In this document: one piece after another, positions 19,299 to 32,020 of the stretch | How positions within the stretch are numbered: position 1 is the first letter of the stretch | Layout of the letters: each line of letters starts with the position of its first letter | From: Candidatus Aminicenantes bacterium | GTDB lineage: Bacteria; Acidobacteriota; Aminicenantia; Aminicenantales; Saccharicenantaceae | Assembly (NCBI GenBank): GCA_963742235.1 | Contig: CAVULT010000005.1 | Location: 36,508 to 100,507, forward strand | Direction of reading: 5' to 3' | Length of the DNA: 64,000 nucleotides | Notes under the pieces: generated by a model | Told to the model about the DNA's origin: nothing | The model's input: only the letters and a program-made list of their open reading frames with translations | Database searches by the model: none | Program-made: the position numbers and the translations under genes

Positions 19299-21308
19299 TT
19301 ACCTTGCCGTGGCCGAGGCGGCAAGCCCTTCCCTACCCAGAGCGTTGACCCCCACGACCTCATAGGCGTAGACCTCAGAGCTGTCGATCCTCCGGTGGAG
19401 GTAGCGGTACGCGGTGCCGCCCGCGGCCTTGGGCGCCTCGGCCACGAGCGCGCGGCCGCCGCCGGCGACGATCCGGTAGATCCGATACTTCTGGACGCTC
19501 TGGTTCCGGGAATTGTCCGCCCAGGTCAGGACATTGGCGTATTCCCGCAGGAGCAGGCTGCGGATGACCGACCGGGTCGCCTTGAGGTTGACGACCGGGA
19601 AGATGTTGTCCATGACGACGCCGACATCCGCTTCGCTGTGCGCGCCGGTCGAGTCGTAAGCGACGGCCCGAACCGTGTGCGCCCCGTTCGTGAACAGGGT
19701 CGTATCGAGGATGAAGGAGAATGGGGGCGCGGTCAGCGTCTGGCTCAGATAGCTGTCGCCGTAGAGCTCGACGCGGGCCAGGCTGCCGTCGTCGCTGGCC
19801 GCGACCTCGACCTCGAGGGCTCCGTACACCGTCTGGCCGGCGGCCAGGTTCGTGATGGCGACGATCGGAGGGTTGTCGCCGGCGGTGATGGTCACGCTCA
19901 TCGGGGTCGTCGTCCCGGAGATGTCCGACAGGGCCATGGCCGTCTGCCCTCCGTCATACCTCGCCGAGCTCGGAAGAGTCGAAGGGCCGAACGTCATCCC
20001 CGCCTTGTAGTAGTCCCCCGCATCGGCCGAAGCCGCCCAGGTCTCGATCTCCTCGAGCCCGTCGGCCTCCATGAGCCGGAGGAGCTTGTGGGCCGAGTAG
20101 GAATTATCGGACAGGAAGTCCCAGCTCCAGGTATCGAGCCGGGCGTCGACGTGCCAGACGACCAGGCCGTCGGAGCCTGTGAAGAGGCTCGTGTCGTTGC
20201 CCGAGCGGGCCCGGTTCTGGACCATGAAGTACTCGTCGAAGATGCGGCCCTCGACGGCTCCGGGCATGAACAGGACCGCGTCGGGGTAGAGCCCCGAGGC
20301 CCTCAAGGCGACCGTTTGCGATCCCGTCGATACGACCGTGGGCGTGATCCAGTCCAGCATGAACTTCGAAAAGCAGTTGTGATCGCCGGAGCCGTCCATG
20401 ATGTCGAGGCCGCCGACGCCGCCCCGCGGGCCGACCGCGTCGTCGTAGTCATAGTAGTCGGGCACCCCGAGGGCATGTCCGGTTTCGTGGATGATCGTGC
20501 TCGGCGTGAAGCCGCCGCCGGGGTAATTGTACAGCTCCCACTGCCAGGAGTAATTCGTCAGCCGCTTGCCGTCGAGACGAAAGGTCGAGTCGGAGAACCA
20601 GGTGTAATAGCCCCACCAGAACTCGGCCCAGCCGTCGTGCGGGCCGCTCCAGAAGACGCACAGGTAGTCGATCGTGCCGTCGCCGTCGTTGTCGTACTGC
20701 GAGAAGTCGCGCCCCTGGGCGTCGTAGTAGCTCAGGGCCTCCTTGATCAGGTTCTCGCGGCCCGCGTCCGTTTCGGCCACCGTGCTCCTGGCGTAGGGGG
20801 CCTGGTACCAGCCGAGCACGTCTCCGGTGATCGTCAGCCGGTCATAGGAAGCCCGCCGGTAGAAGTTCCTCAGGCTGTCGAACGGCGGGCCGCCGGCGCC
20901 GCTTCCGAAAAGCCGTGATTCGAAAGTCGCCGGGGCGGTCGTCCCCGGGTAGTCGGAAAACGAGATGAGCAGGGTCAGGATCCTGACCGTCCCGGTCGTC
21001 GGCATGCCTTTCCAGGCGCCGGGCGGCGCGAGAATGACGGCGGGGGAAGCGGCGCGCGCGGGAACGGCGCCGCGCCCCGTGATCAGGCGGGTCACCTTGT
21101 CGCGGAGCCGCGCCCTCATCAACTGGGGGATCTTGTGGTTGCCGAGGGCCCTGGCCCGGGCGGCGCGGGCGGCCATCGTCCCATCGAGCTTGTACCGGGC
21201 GATCTGCTCCTTCGTCGGCGGCTCGAGGGCCAGCCCCGGCAGAAGACCGGCGACGAAGAACGCGGCCACAAGCATCGCCGCGAAAAGGGGACGTGAGGTT
21301 TGCGCCAT
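19299..21308 (-). CDS. M6-family (immune inhibitor A-like) secreted metalloprotease with C-terminal Ig/FN3-like domains
   Basis: Signal peptide from MAQTSRPLFAAMLVAAFFVAG. Zinc motif IIHETGHALG. An M6 domain pattern follows (DYYDYD...GGLDIMD). Confidence 0.85.
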   Translation of the reverse strand: MAQTSRPLFAAMLVAAFFVAGLLPGLALEPPTKEQIARYKLDGTMAARAARARALGNHKIPQLMRARLRDKVTRLITGRGAVPARAASPAVILAPPGAWKGMPTTGTVRILTLLISFSDYPGTTAPATFESRLFGSGAGGPPFDSLRNFYRRASYDRLTITGDVLGWYQAPYARSTVAETDAGRENLIKEALSYYDAQGRDFSQYDNDGDGTIDYLCVFWSGPHDGWAEFWWGYYTWFSDSTFRLDGKRLTNYSWQWELYNYPGGGFTPSTIIHETGHALGVPDYYDYDDAVGPRGGVGGLDIMDGSGDHNCFSKFMLDWITPTVVSTGSQTVALRASGLYPDAVLFMPGAVEGRIFDEYFMVQNRARSGNDTSLFTGSDGLVVWHVDARLDTWSWDFLSDNSYSAHKLLRLMEADGLEEIETWAASADAGDYYKAGMTFGPSTLPSSARYDGGQTAMALSDISGTTTPMSVTITAGDNPPIVAITNLAAGQTVYGALEVEVAASDDGSLARVELYGDSYLSQTLTAPPFSFILDTTLFTNGAHTVRAVAYDSTGAHSEADVGVVMDNIFPVVNLKATRSVIRSLLLREYANVLTWADNSRNQSVQKYRIYRIVAGGGRALVAEAPKAAGGTAYRYLHRRIDSSEVYAYEVVGVNALGREGLAASATAR

Positions 21309-21379
21309 CGGACCGCTTTCTCCGCGGCAAATATAGGCCTCGACGGCGATCAAGTCAAACCGGGCGCGCCGGGGCGGAT

Positions 21380-22372
21380 TCAGCGCACGCCGAAGTTGAA
21401 GCCCGTCCGCTCCTCGCTCCTGTCCGTGGCCGGCGGCGGCTCCGGGGACAGGGCGGCGATCTCGGCCCTGAGCTCCGGCGTCATCGGGATGTCCGCGGCG
21501 GCGAGAAGCGGGGCGAGCTGGGCCGTGTTCCTGGCCCCGACGAGCGGCGCCGTGACGGCGGGATGGGAGCCGACCCAGGCGACGGCCAGCCCGGCCGGAT
21601 CGAAGCCGCGCTCCCTGGCGAAGGCGGCGAACCGCTCGGCCACGTCGTAGTTCAGGTCGTCCACATAGCGGGTGGCGTAGATCTTGTTGGAGACCAGCCG
21701 TCCGGCCTCGGGCCGGCGGCCGGGGCCGTACTTGCCGCTCAGGAGTCCCCCGCCGATCGGGCTGTACGGAAAGACGCCCAGCCCTTCGGACAGGGCCAGG
21801 GGCAGGATCTCGACTTCGGCCTGGCGCTTGACCAGATTGTACATCGGCTGGATGCAGGCGAACGGGGCCAGGCCTTCCTTGGCCGAGACGCCCAGCGCCT
21901 TGGCGACTTGCCAGGCGGCGAAATTGCTGGCCCCGAGGTAGAGGACCTTGCCCGAGCCGACGAGGTCATCGAGGGCCCGCAGGGTCTCTTCGAGCGCCGT
22001 GCGGTCGTCGAAGCGGTGGACATAGTAGATGTCGATGCGGTCGGTTTGGAGGCGCCGGAGCGAGGCCTCGACGGCGTACTGGATGTGGCGGCGCGACGCT
22101 CCCATGGCGTTGACGTCCTTGGAGGTCGCGAAATAGGCCTTGCTCGTGATGAGCACCTCTTCCCGGCAGTCCTTGATGAGGCGGCCCAGGATCTCCTCGG
22201 ACCGTCCGCCGGCGTACATGTCGGCACAGTCGAAGAGGTTGACGCCGGCCGCGCGGCAGAGCTCGAACAGAGCCTTGGAACCCGCCTCGTCGGCGTCGCC
22301 GCCGAAGGACATCGTCCCATAGGCGATGGCCGAAACCTTGACCCCGGTCTTGCCCAGAAATTTATAGATCAT
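21380..22372 (-). CDS. Aldo/keto reductase
   Basis: AKR signature along the whole 330 aa (FDCADMYAGGRSEEILG, IDIYYVHRFD, GKVLYLGASNF, GVFPYSPIGGGLLSGKY). Confidence 0.9.
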   Translation of the reverse strand: MIYKFLGKTGVKVSAIAYGTMSFGGDADEAGSKALFELCRAAGVNLFDCADMYAGGRSEEILGRLIKDCREEVLITSKAYFATSKDVNAMGASRRHIQYAVEASLRRLQTDRIDIYYVHRFDDRTALEETLRALDDLVGSGKVLYLGASNFAAWQVAKALGVSAKEGLAPFACIQPMYNLVKRQAEVEILPLALSEGLGVFPYSPIGGGLLSGKYGPGRRPEAGRLVSNKIYATRYVDDLNYDVAERFAAFARERGFDPAGLAVAWVGSHPAVTAPLVGARNTAQLAPLLAAADIPMTPELRAEIAALSPEPPPATDRSEERTGFNFGVR

Positions 22373-22385
22373 GTCGATCTTCCTT

Positions 22386-24152
22386 TCAGGACGTTTTCTT
22401 CTTCAGTTCGAGCCCGTGGCCGATCGGATAGAGGTCCGGGATCGAAACCGGCAGCTTCCCGGTCACATCCATTTCCCCGGCCAGGGCCCGGGCGGCGGTC
22501 GACTGGGTCTCCGGAGTGTCCTTGTACAGGCAAAGGTAGGCGTCGATCCCGGGGAAATGCCTCAGGACATAGGGGCTGCCGAAGGACACCGCGACGATCT
22601 TCGGCCGGCCGGGCAGGGCCGACAGCTTGCGGATGAGCTCGATGTGCTTCGGCTCGAGGTCGACGCTCCCCTTCCGGTCGCTCAGCCTCGAGAACAGGGC
22701 CAGGACGACGGCGCCGGCGGAAGAGGCCTTGGCGAAAGCGTCGTCAAGGAGGTCCTGGCCGGTGTCCGCGTCGGCGTAGAAGGCGGCGGCCCCGGGGAAC
22801 CTGTCCTCTATCGCGGCGACGAAAGCCTGGCCGGCGAAATAGTCGCCGAGGTCGCTGCTGAGAGAGAGCACGACGAGCCCGCCGGCGCCCGCGGAGAGCG
22901 GCAGCACGCCGCCCTCGTTCTTGACCAGCGTCGCCGAGCCTTCCAGGATCCTGGCGGCCTGATCGAGGTTGGCTTTGGGGGCGACGAGACGGCTGAGGGC
23001 GTCGATCCGGACGAAGCGATGGCGCTGGAGGCCGAGCGAGGCCTTGGCTTCGAGGATCCGGCGCACCGAGGCGTCGATCCTGGCGGCCGGGATGCGGCCA
23101 TCGCGGACGGCCGCGGACAGATAGGCGATGACCTTGACGGGATCGGGCGGCAGGAGGAGCTGGTCGACCCCTGCCAGGACGGCCCGGAGCGAGGCTTCCT
23201 CGGTGGAAAAGGCATTGGTCACGCCGGCCATCTCGAGGGCGTCGGTGACGATGAGACCTTTGAAGCCCATCTTCTGCCGCAGGAGACCGGTCAGGATCGG
23301 GGCCGAAAGGGTCGCCGGGACGCCGGGCGTCGGGTCGAGGGCCGGGACGGCCAGGTGGGCCGTCATGACCGCCTTGACGCCGGCGTCAACGGCCTGCTTG
23401 AACGGAAAGAGCTCGACCTTCTCCAGCCGCTCGAGGTCGGCGGTGATGGTCGGCATGAGGCTGTGGGAATCCTGGGACGTGTCGCCGTGGCCCGGGAAAT
23501 GCTTGGCCGTGGCGATCATGCCGTTGTCCTGGACGCCGCGGATGAAGGCGTCGGCGAGCCGGCTGACGAGGGCCGGGTCGGCGCCGATCGAACGGGTGTT
23601 GATGATGGGATTGTCGGGGTTGATGTTGACGTCGACGACCGGGGCATAGGTCACGTGAATGCCCATGGCCCGGCCTTCGACGGCCGTGACCTTGCCCATG
23701 GCGTAGGCGAGGTCCTCGGAGCCGGTCGCGCCAAGGGCCATGAACGGCGGGAAGAGCGTCGCGTTGCTGACCCGGTTGGCCGCTCCCCTCTCGAAATCGG
23801 AGGCCATGAGGAGGGGGACCTTGGCCAGCTTCTGGAAGGCGTTCGTGAGCTCGGCCGTTTCGTAGACGCGCGCGGGCGCGAAGAGGACCAGGCCGCCGAT
23901 CTTCGAATCGGAGACGAGAGACTCGAGCTCGCGGAGGGTGGCGCTGTCGGCGTTGCGGAAATCGGCCGTGAAGCGGCAGGCGACCATCTGGCCGACCTTC
24001 TCCTCGATGGTCATCCTCTTGAGGGTCCGGGCGACCCAGCCGGCGTCGGGAGCGACAAGCCGAGGGCCCGAGGCCGGCGCCGGGAGGCGGGCGCAGCCCG
24101 AGACGGCGAGCGCCAGGAGGGCGGCCGCGGCCGCCGCTTGGATTCTTGTCAT
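22386..24152 (-). CDS. Glycoside hydrolase family 3 (NagZ/beta-hexosaminidase-like, two-domain) lipoprotein
   Basis: Lipobox AVSGC. GH3 motifs EEKVGQM, KHFPGHGDTSQDSH and GLIVTDALEM. Confidence 0.85.
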   Translation of the reverse strand: MTRIQAAAAAALLALAVSGCARLPAPASGPRLVAPDAGWVARTLKRMTIEEKVGQMVACRFTADFRNADSATLRELESLVSDSKIGGLVLFAPARVYETAELTNAFQKLAKVPLLMASDFERGAANRVSNATLFPPFMALGATGSEDLAYAMGKVTAVEGRAMGIHVTYAPVVDVNINPDNPIINTRSIGADPALVSRLADAFIRGVQDNGMIATAKHFPGHGDTSQDSHSLMPTITADLERLEKVELFPFKQAVDAGVKAVMTAHLAVPALDPTPGVPATLSAPILTGLLRQKMGFKGLIVTDALEMAGVTNAFSTEEASLRAVLAGVDQLLLPPDPVKVIAYLSAAVRDGRIPAARIDASVRRILEAKASLGLQRHRFVRIDALSRLVAPKANLDQAARILEGSATLVKNEGGVLPLSAGAGGLVVLSLSSDLGDYFAGQAFVAAIEDRFPGAAAFYADADTGQDLLDDAFAKASSAGAVVLALFSRLSDRKGSVDLEPKHIELIRKLSALPGRPKIVAVSFGSPYVLRHFPGIDAYLCLYKDTPETQSTAARALAGEMDVTGKLPVSIPDLYPIGHGLELKKKTS

Positions 24153-24156
24153 GGCC

Positions 24157-24696
24157 TCAGTAGCGGACCAGGGCGCGGACGGCGACCTCGGGATGGGCCG
24201 CCCGGATCGTCTCGACGCCCTTCAGAAAGGAGAGCTCGACCACGGCCCCGAAGCCGACGACGTCGCCCCCGAGGAGCTTGACCAGGTTGATGGCGCTCAC
24301 CGAGGAGGAGCCGGTGGCGATGAGATCGTCGATGATGAGGACGCGCTGGCCCGGGGCCACGGCGTCCTCGTGCATCTCGAAATGCTCGAGGGCATACTCG
24401 TTCGGGGCCACGACCGAGGCGCACTTGCGGGGCAGCTTGCCCTTCTTGCGGATGATGGTCATGCCGAGACGGAGGTCGCGGGCCAGGGCCGCGGCGAAGA
24501 GGAAGCCCCGGGATTCGATCCCGGCGATGATCTCCGGCCTTCTCGGCGCCGCCCAGGCCGAGAGCTCGTCGACAGCGAAGTTGAAGGCCTGGGAGCTCAG
24601 GACGACCGGCGTGATGTCCTTGAAGACGATACCCGGCTTGGGGAAGTCGGGAACGTCGAGAATGTAGGATTTGAGGTCGATGCTCATGGCAGACAT
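24157..24696 (-). CDS. apt: Adenine phosphoribosyltransferase
   Basis: FPKPGIVFKDITP and the PRPP-binding motif VLIIDDLIATGSS. Length is about 175 aa. Confidence 0.9.
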   Translation of the reverse strand: MSAMSIDLKSYILDVPDFPKPGIVFKDITPVVLSSQAFNFAVDELSAWAAPRRPEIIAGIESRGFLFAAALARDLRLGMTIIRKKGKLPRKCASVVAPNEYALEHFEMHEDAVAPGQRVLIIDDLIATGSSSVSAINLVKLLGGDVVGFGAVVELSFLKGVETIRAAHPEVAVRALVRY

Positions 24697-24762
24697 AATT
24701 TATCAAATTCCCCACTTTCCGGCCAGCCCCATTTTTTTTGCAAAATCGCTATACTGGAAGGG

Positions 24763-25407
24763 ATGGTTACCGATTACTCGCTTTACCTCGTGGCCGACGC
24801 CGATTATGCCGCCGGCCGCGACCTGGCCGCCCTCGTCGACGCGGCGGTCGCCGGCGGAGTGACGGTCGTCCAGCTCCGGGCGAAGCGCCTCGCCGGAGGC
24901 GAATTCGTCGAGCTCGGACGGACGCTTGCCGGACGGCTCGCGGCGAGGGGCGTCCCGCTTCTCGTCAACGATCGCCTGGACGTCGCCATGGCCTGCGGCG
25001 CCGCGGGAGTCCACCTCGGCCAGGAGGATCTGCCGCTCTTTCTCGCCCGGCGCATCCTCGGGCCCGGCGCGACGATCGGCATCTCGGTCAACACGGCCGA
25101 AGAGGCCCGCCGCGCGGAACGGGACGGCGCCGACTACGTCGGAGCCGGCCCCGCCTACGCCACGACGACGAAAGAGACCCCTTTGACCGTTCTGGGCCCC
25201 GAGGGCATCCGGCTCATCACGGAAGCGACCCGGATCCCGGTCGTGGCCATCGGCGGGATCGGCGCGGGGAACGCGGCGGGGCTCGGCCGGGCCGGGGCCG
25301 GCGGCATCGCCGTCGTCTCGGCCATTCTCGGCGCTCCGGACGCGAGGCTGGCGGCAGAAGAGCTGAAACGGACTTTTTTAAAATATCAAGTCAGGAGGGC
25401 GATATGA
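24763..25407 (+). CDS. thiE: Thiamine-phosphate synthase
   Basis: LYLVAD...VQLRAK...LLVNDR...GVHLGQEDL...GAGPAYATTTK...VAIGGI. The upstream part of track ORF 23938..25407 is an antisense shadow. Confidence 0.9.
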   Translation: MVTDYSLYLVADADYAAGRDLAALVDAAVAGGVTVVQLRAKRLAGGEFVELGRTLAGRLAARGVPLLVNDRLDVAMACGAAGVHLGQEDLPLFLARRILGPGATIGISVNTAEEARRAERDGADYVGAGPAYATTTKETPLTVLGPEGIRLITEATRIPVVAIGGIGAGNAAGLGRAGAGGIAVVSAILGAPDARLAAEELKRTFLKYQVRRAI

Positions 25408-26117
25408 ACATGGGAAAGTGGGCGGTATTGCCGCTGGCTCTGGTTTTGGCCCTGTCTCCGGCCTTGGCCGGACCCCGGACCGGGACTGCCCAGCCCGCCG
25501 GGAGTGAGGACCAGGTCAAGAAGGTCGAGGACGCCGTCCGCGTGGTCTCGGAAATGATGAAGGAATCGGACAAGGGCATTCCCGCGGGCCTGGTCAGAGA
25601 TTGCGCCGGGATCGCCATCATCCCCGACGTCATCAAGGCGGGTCTGGTCGTCGGAGGGCGCCACGGCCGGGGCGTCGTGCTCGTCCGGACCAAGGAGGGA
25701 GGCTGGAGCGACCCGGCCTTCATCGAGCTGACGGGGGGAAGCATCGGCTGGCAGGCCGGCGTCCAGTCCGGTGACATCATCCTCGTCTTCCGGACGCCGC
25801 GGAGCGTCGAGAACATCAGCAAGGGCAAATTCACGCTGGGCGCGGACGCCGGCGTCGCCGCCGGTCCGCTGGGGCGCACGGCCGAGGCCAGCACCGACAC
25901 CGCGCTCAAGGCGGAGATCCTGTCCTATTCCCGAAGCCGTGGTCTCTATGCCGGGCTGACCTTGCAGGGATCCTCGATCCAGGAAGACCGCAAGGCCAAC
26001 CGGGATTTCTACGGGGTGGACATCTCGCCCATGGGCATCTTCGAGGGTCAAGCCAAGGCGACTCCCGAAATCGCGCAGAAGCTCAAGAGGACCCTGGCCG
26101 AGATGGTCAAGAAATAA
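25404..26117 (+). CDS. Secreted SYLF (Ysc84/DUF500) lipid-binding domain protein
   Basis: The ATG overlaps the thiE stop (ATGA). Signal peptide. Motifs IAIIPDVIKAGLVVGGRHGRGV, SIGWQAG and GADAGVAAGPLGR. Confidence 0.75.
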   Translation: MNMGKWAVLPLALVLALSPALAGPRTGTAQPAGSEDQVKKVEDAVRVVSEMMKESDKGIPAGLVRDCAGIAIIPDVIKAGLVVGGRHGRGVVLVRTKEGGWSDPAFIELTGGSIGWQAGVQSGDIILVFRTPRSVENISKGKFTLGADAGVAAGPLGRTAEASTDTALKAEILSYSRSRGLYAGLTLQGSSIQEDRKANRDFYGVDISPMGIFEGQAKATPEIAQKLKRTLAEMVKK

Positions 26118-26133
26118 GGGGCAAAGAGGGGCA

Positions 26134-26148
26134 GTCCCCTTCGGGGAC
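26134..26148. terminator. Short GC hairpin between convergent genes
   Basis: GTCCCC-TTC-GGGGAC, between the SYLF stop (26117) and the tsaE stop (26154). No clear U tract. Confidence 0.3.
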
Positions 26149-26153
26149 GGCCC

Positions 26154-26570
26154 TTACTCGATCGTGATGCGGCGCTCGTCGTCGCCGGAGGTCTCTATCC
26201 GGACGACGATCCCGTCGACCGGAAAGGTCATCTTCTCGGCCCATTCGACGACGACGATCCCGCGTCCGAGCATGTCTTCCCAGCCGAGGTCGGCGATCTC
26301 CGCCTCCCGTTCGAGGCGGTAGAGGTCGATATGATAAACGGGGTGACGGCCTTCATAGACGTTGACCAGGGTGAATGACGGGCTCGTGACGCGGCCGGGG
26401 TCGGTGACGCCCGCGCCCGCGGCGATGCCCTTGGCGAAGACGGTCTTCCCCGCCCCGAGCTCTCCGATGAGAAGGACGACCTCGGTCCCCTCGAAGCCGG
26501 CGGCCATCTTCCGGGCCAGCTCGAAGGTCTCCTCCGCGGAGCGCGTCGCGACGACCGTCTTCCGGCTCAT
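26154..26570 (-). CDS. tsaE: tRNA t6A37 biosynthesis ATPase TsaE
   Basis: P-loop GELGAGKT, SPSFTL and HIDLYRL motifs. It overlaps the nnr stop by 4 nt, the same yjeF-yjeE pairing as in E. coli. Confidence 0.9.
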   Translation of the reverse strand: MSRKTVVATRSAEETFELARKMAAGFEGTEVVLLIGELGAGKTVFAKGIAAGAGVTDPGRVTSPSFTLVNVYEGRHPVYHIDLYRLEREAEIADLGWEDMLGRGIVVVEWAEKMTFPVDGIVVRIETSGDDERRITIE

Positions 26571-28120
26571 CCCCCGGCCAGCTCCTTCAAAGCCGGGGGA
26601 AGGAAGCGTATGAGGTCGCCGGCGACGAGCGACTTTTCGCTCAAACGGTCCGCGGCCACGTCCCCGGCCAGGCCGTGGGCGTAAACGGCCGAGAGGACGG
26701 CCCCGAGCAGATCGTTCTTCTGGGCGATCTGGGAGCCGATCAGGCCTCCGAGGACGTCCCCGGTGCCTCCGGTGGCCATGCCGGGATTGCCCGTCGGATT
26801 GACAAAAACGCGGCCGTCGGGCACGGCGATGAGCGTCCGGTACCCCTTGAGAACCACGACCACGCCGTGCTTGACCGCGAACTCCGGGGCGAGCTCCAGC
26901 CGATGGCGGACGACCTCTTCGGTCGCGAGGCCGGTGAGTCTCCCGAACTCGCCCGGATGAGGCGTGATGACGGCCGGCGCCCCGAGACCGGCCAGGACGT
27001 CCAGGCGCGAGGCGACGATGTTGAGCCCGTCGGCGTCGATGACGAGCGGGACCTTGATCTTCGGCAGGAGCCCGAGCACGAATTCCGCGGTCGACGCGTG
27101 GGTCGAGAGGCCGGGCCCGACGAGAACGGCGTTCTTCCCCTTGAGCAGGGCCAGCGCCCGGGGCAGTGCGGCCGCCGCGATCGTCCTGTCCGGAGTTTCG
27201 GCCAACGGCTCGGTCATGAGCTCGGCCATGGACCGGGCGATCGACGGCAGGACCCCGGCGGCCGTGGCCACCGTGACCAGGCCGGCGCCCATGCGCAGCG
27301 CCGCCCTCCCGGCCAGGACGGACGCGCCCGACTTGCCGAGCGATCCGGCGAAGATGAGGAGATGGCCGTAGCTCCCCTTGTGGGTGTCCCTTTTCCGCCT
27401 GGCGAAGTACGGCCGGACGGCCGCTTCCTCGACCAGCTCGAGCTTCAAGCCCGGCTTCTCGAAAAGCGCGGCCGGGATGCCGATCGGGGCGATGACGAGC
27501 TCGCCGACCCGGTCCGCGGCGGGCGGAAAGATATGGGCCACCTTGGGAGCCGCCAGCGTGACCGTCAGGTCCGCCTTGACGCTCGGCCCGATCGTCTCGA
27601 ACGTGTCGGCCGAGAGGCCCGAGGGAATGTCGACGGCCACCTTGAAGGCCTCAGAACGGTTGATGTCTTCGACAGCCGCGGCGTAGAGGCCGTCGAGCGG
27701 CTTGACCAGGCCGGTCCCGAAGAGCGCGTCGACGACGATCGAGGCGCGGGAGAGCCTGCGCCGGACCCTCTTCCAGGCCGCGGCATCGCGGACCTCGGTC
27801 ACGGGGATGCCCATCTTGAGCGCGATGGCCAGATTGACCGCGGCATCACCCCTGACCTCCTCTTGGGCCGCCAGGAGCAGGATCTCGGGCCTGGCGCCGG
27901 AATTGAAGAGGTGCCGGGCGACGACGAAACCGTCGCCTCCGTTGTTGCCCTTTCCGGCCGCGATGACGATCCGCTCGTCCGCGATCGCCGGGAAGCGGAA
28001 CTTGAGCGCCCGGACGATCCCCAGGCCGGCATTTTCCATGAGCACGACCCCGGGGATGCCGAGCTCCTCGATGGCCGTCCGGTCGATGTCCCTCATCTCG
28101 GCCGAGGTCAGGATCTTCAT
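26567..28120 (-). CDS. nnr: Bifunctional NAD(P)H-hydrate repair enzyme (epimerase + ADP-dependent dehydratase)
   Basis: YjeF_N motifs (GKGNNGGDG) and a carbohydrate-kinase C-domain (GTGDVLGG) in one 517-aa ORF. Confidence 0.9.
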   Translation of the reverse strand: MKILTSAEMRDIDRTAIEELGIPGVVLMENAGLGIVRALKFRFPAIADERIVIAAGKGNNGGDGFVVARHLFNSGARPEILLLAAQEEVRGDAAVNLAIALKMGIPVTEVRDAAAWKRVRRRLSRASIVVDALFGTGLVKPLDGLYAAAVEDINRSEAFKVAVDIPSGLSADTFETIGPSVKADLTVTLAAPKVAHIFPPAADRVGELVIAPIGIPAALFEKPGLKLELVEEAAVRPYFARRKRDTHKGSYGHLLIFAGSLGKSGASVLAGRAALRMGAGLVTVATAAGVLPSIARSMAELMTEPLAETPDRTIAAAALPRALALLKGKNAVLVGPGLSTHASTAEFVLGLLPKIKVPLVIDADGLNIVASRLDVLAGLGAPAVITPHPGEFGRLTGLATEEVVRHRLELAPEFAVKHGVVVVLKGYRTLIAVPDGRVFVNPTGNPGMATGGTGDVLGGLIGSQIAQKNDLLGAVLSAVYAHGLAGDVAADRLSEKSLVAGDLIRFLPPALKELAGG

Positions 28121-28179
28121 GGCAGCCCTCCATGCGGAATCTTAGCACAATCCCCGAATTCGACGATAGAGGGGTTATA

Positions 28180-28209
28180 TTGACTTTGCCTCTTTCCCTG
28201 TGTTAGTAA
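28180..28209 (+). promoter_or_regulatory. Possible sigma-70-type promoter for the diguanylate cyclase gene
   Basis: TTGACT (28180-28185), an 18-nt spacer, then TAGTAA (28204-28209), in an AT-rich divergent gap. Confidence 0.3.
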
Positions 28210-28236
28210 TACAAAAATAGTACCAAGGGAATCATC

Positions 28237-30833
<2,597 letters not shown>

Positions 30834-30840
30834 GCCCGGC

Positions 30841-32020
30841 ATGAACTTCGTCGCCGACCTGGACGTCAAAGGCAAGCTCGTCTTCCTCCGCGTCGATTTC
30901 AACGTCCCGCTCGACGATAAGGGCGGGATCCGCGACGACACGCGCATCCGCGCCTCCCTGCCCACGATCATCTGGCTCCTCGATCACGGCGCCCGCCTGG
31001 TCATCGCCTCCCACCTCGGGCGGCCCAAGGGCAAGGTCGACCCGGCGATGAGCCTCCGCCCGGCCGCGCAAAGGCTGGCCGAGCTCATCCCGAACAAGGT
31101 CGTCATGGCCCCCGACGTCGTCGGCGACGAGGTCGGGCGGCTCAAGAGCGCCCTGGGCGAGGGCGAAGCGCTCCTCCTCGAGAACGTCCGGTTCTACAAG
31201 GAGGAGGAGAAGAACGACCCGGAATTCGCCAGGAAGCTGGCCGAGGACATCGACATCTTCGTCAACGACGCCTTCGGCTCGAGCCACCGGGCCCACGCCT
31301 CGGTCGTCGGCATCGCCGACTTCGTTCCGCTCACGGCCGCCGGCTACCTGATGAAAAAGGAGGTCGAGTACCTCAAGAAGGCCATCCACACCCCGGTCAA
31401 ACCGTACGTGGCCATCCTCGGCGGGGCCAAGGTGTCGGACAAGATCGAGATCATCGAGAGCCTCCTCGGCAAGGCCGACCAGCATCCTGATCGGCGGCGC
31501 CATGGCCTACACCTTCCTGAAGGCCCAGGGTCTGGGCGTCGGCACCTCTCTCGTCGAGAACGACCAGCTCGAAGTGGCCCTGGTCATCCTGGACAAGGCC
31601 CGGACGAACGCGGTCAGCTTCCACCTGCCCCAGGACCACCTCCTGGCCAAGGCCGCGGCGGCCGGGGCGATCACGAAGGTCGTGGAAACCTTGCCCTTCC
31701 CCGAGGACATGATGGGCGTCGATATCGGTCCCAAGACCGTCGACGCCTACGCCGCGGTCATCGCCACGGCCAAGACCATCTTCTGGAACGGCCCCATGGG
31801 CATCTTCGAGATCGACGAGTTCGCCAAAGGGACGATCGGCGTCGCCAAGGCCGTGGCGGCCTCGGGCGCCGTCTCCATCGTCGGCGGCGGGGACTCGATC
31901 GCCGCCGTGAAGAAGGCCGGCGTTGCGGACAGGATCAGCCACCTCTCGACGGGCGGCGGGGCCTCTCTCGAGTACATCGCCTACGAGACCCTGCCCGGCA
32001 TCACCGCCCTGGAGAAGTAG
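30841..32020 (+). pseudogene. pgk: Phosphoglycerate kinase, interrupted as sequenced by a 1-nt insertion near 31480-31484
   Basis: The N-terminal 213 aa lie in the frame of ORF 30841 (...VAILGGAKVSDKIEIIESLLGKADQ). The protein continues in the frame of ORF 31502..32020 (ILIGGAMAYTFLKAQG...STGGGASLEYI). Removing one base restores a collinear Pgk of about 393 aa. Confidence 0.9.

Noticed and set aside
24697-24762. Possible TPP riboswitch upstream of thiE
   Set aside because: The gap is only 66 nt and lacks the conserved CUGAGA and ACCUGAUCUGGAUAAUGCCAGCG-like cores. It is too short for a THI element.
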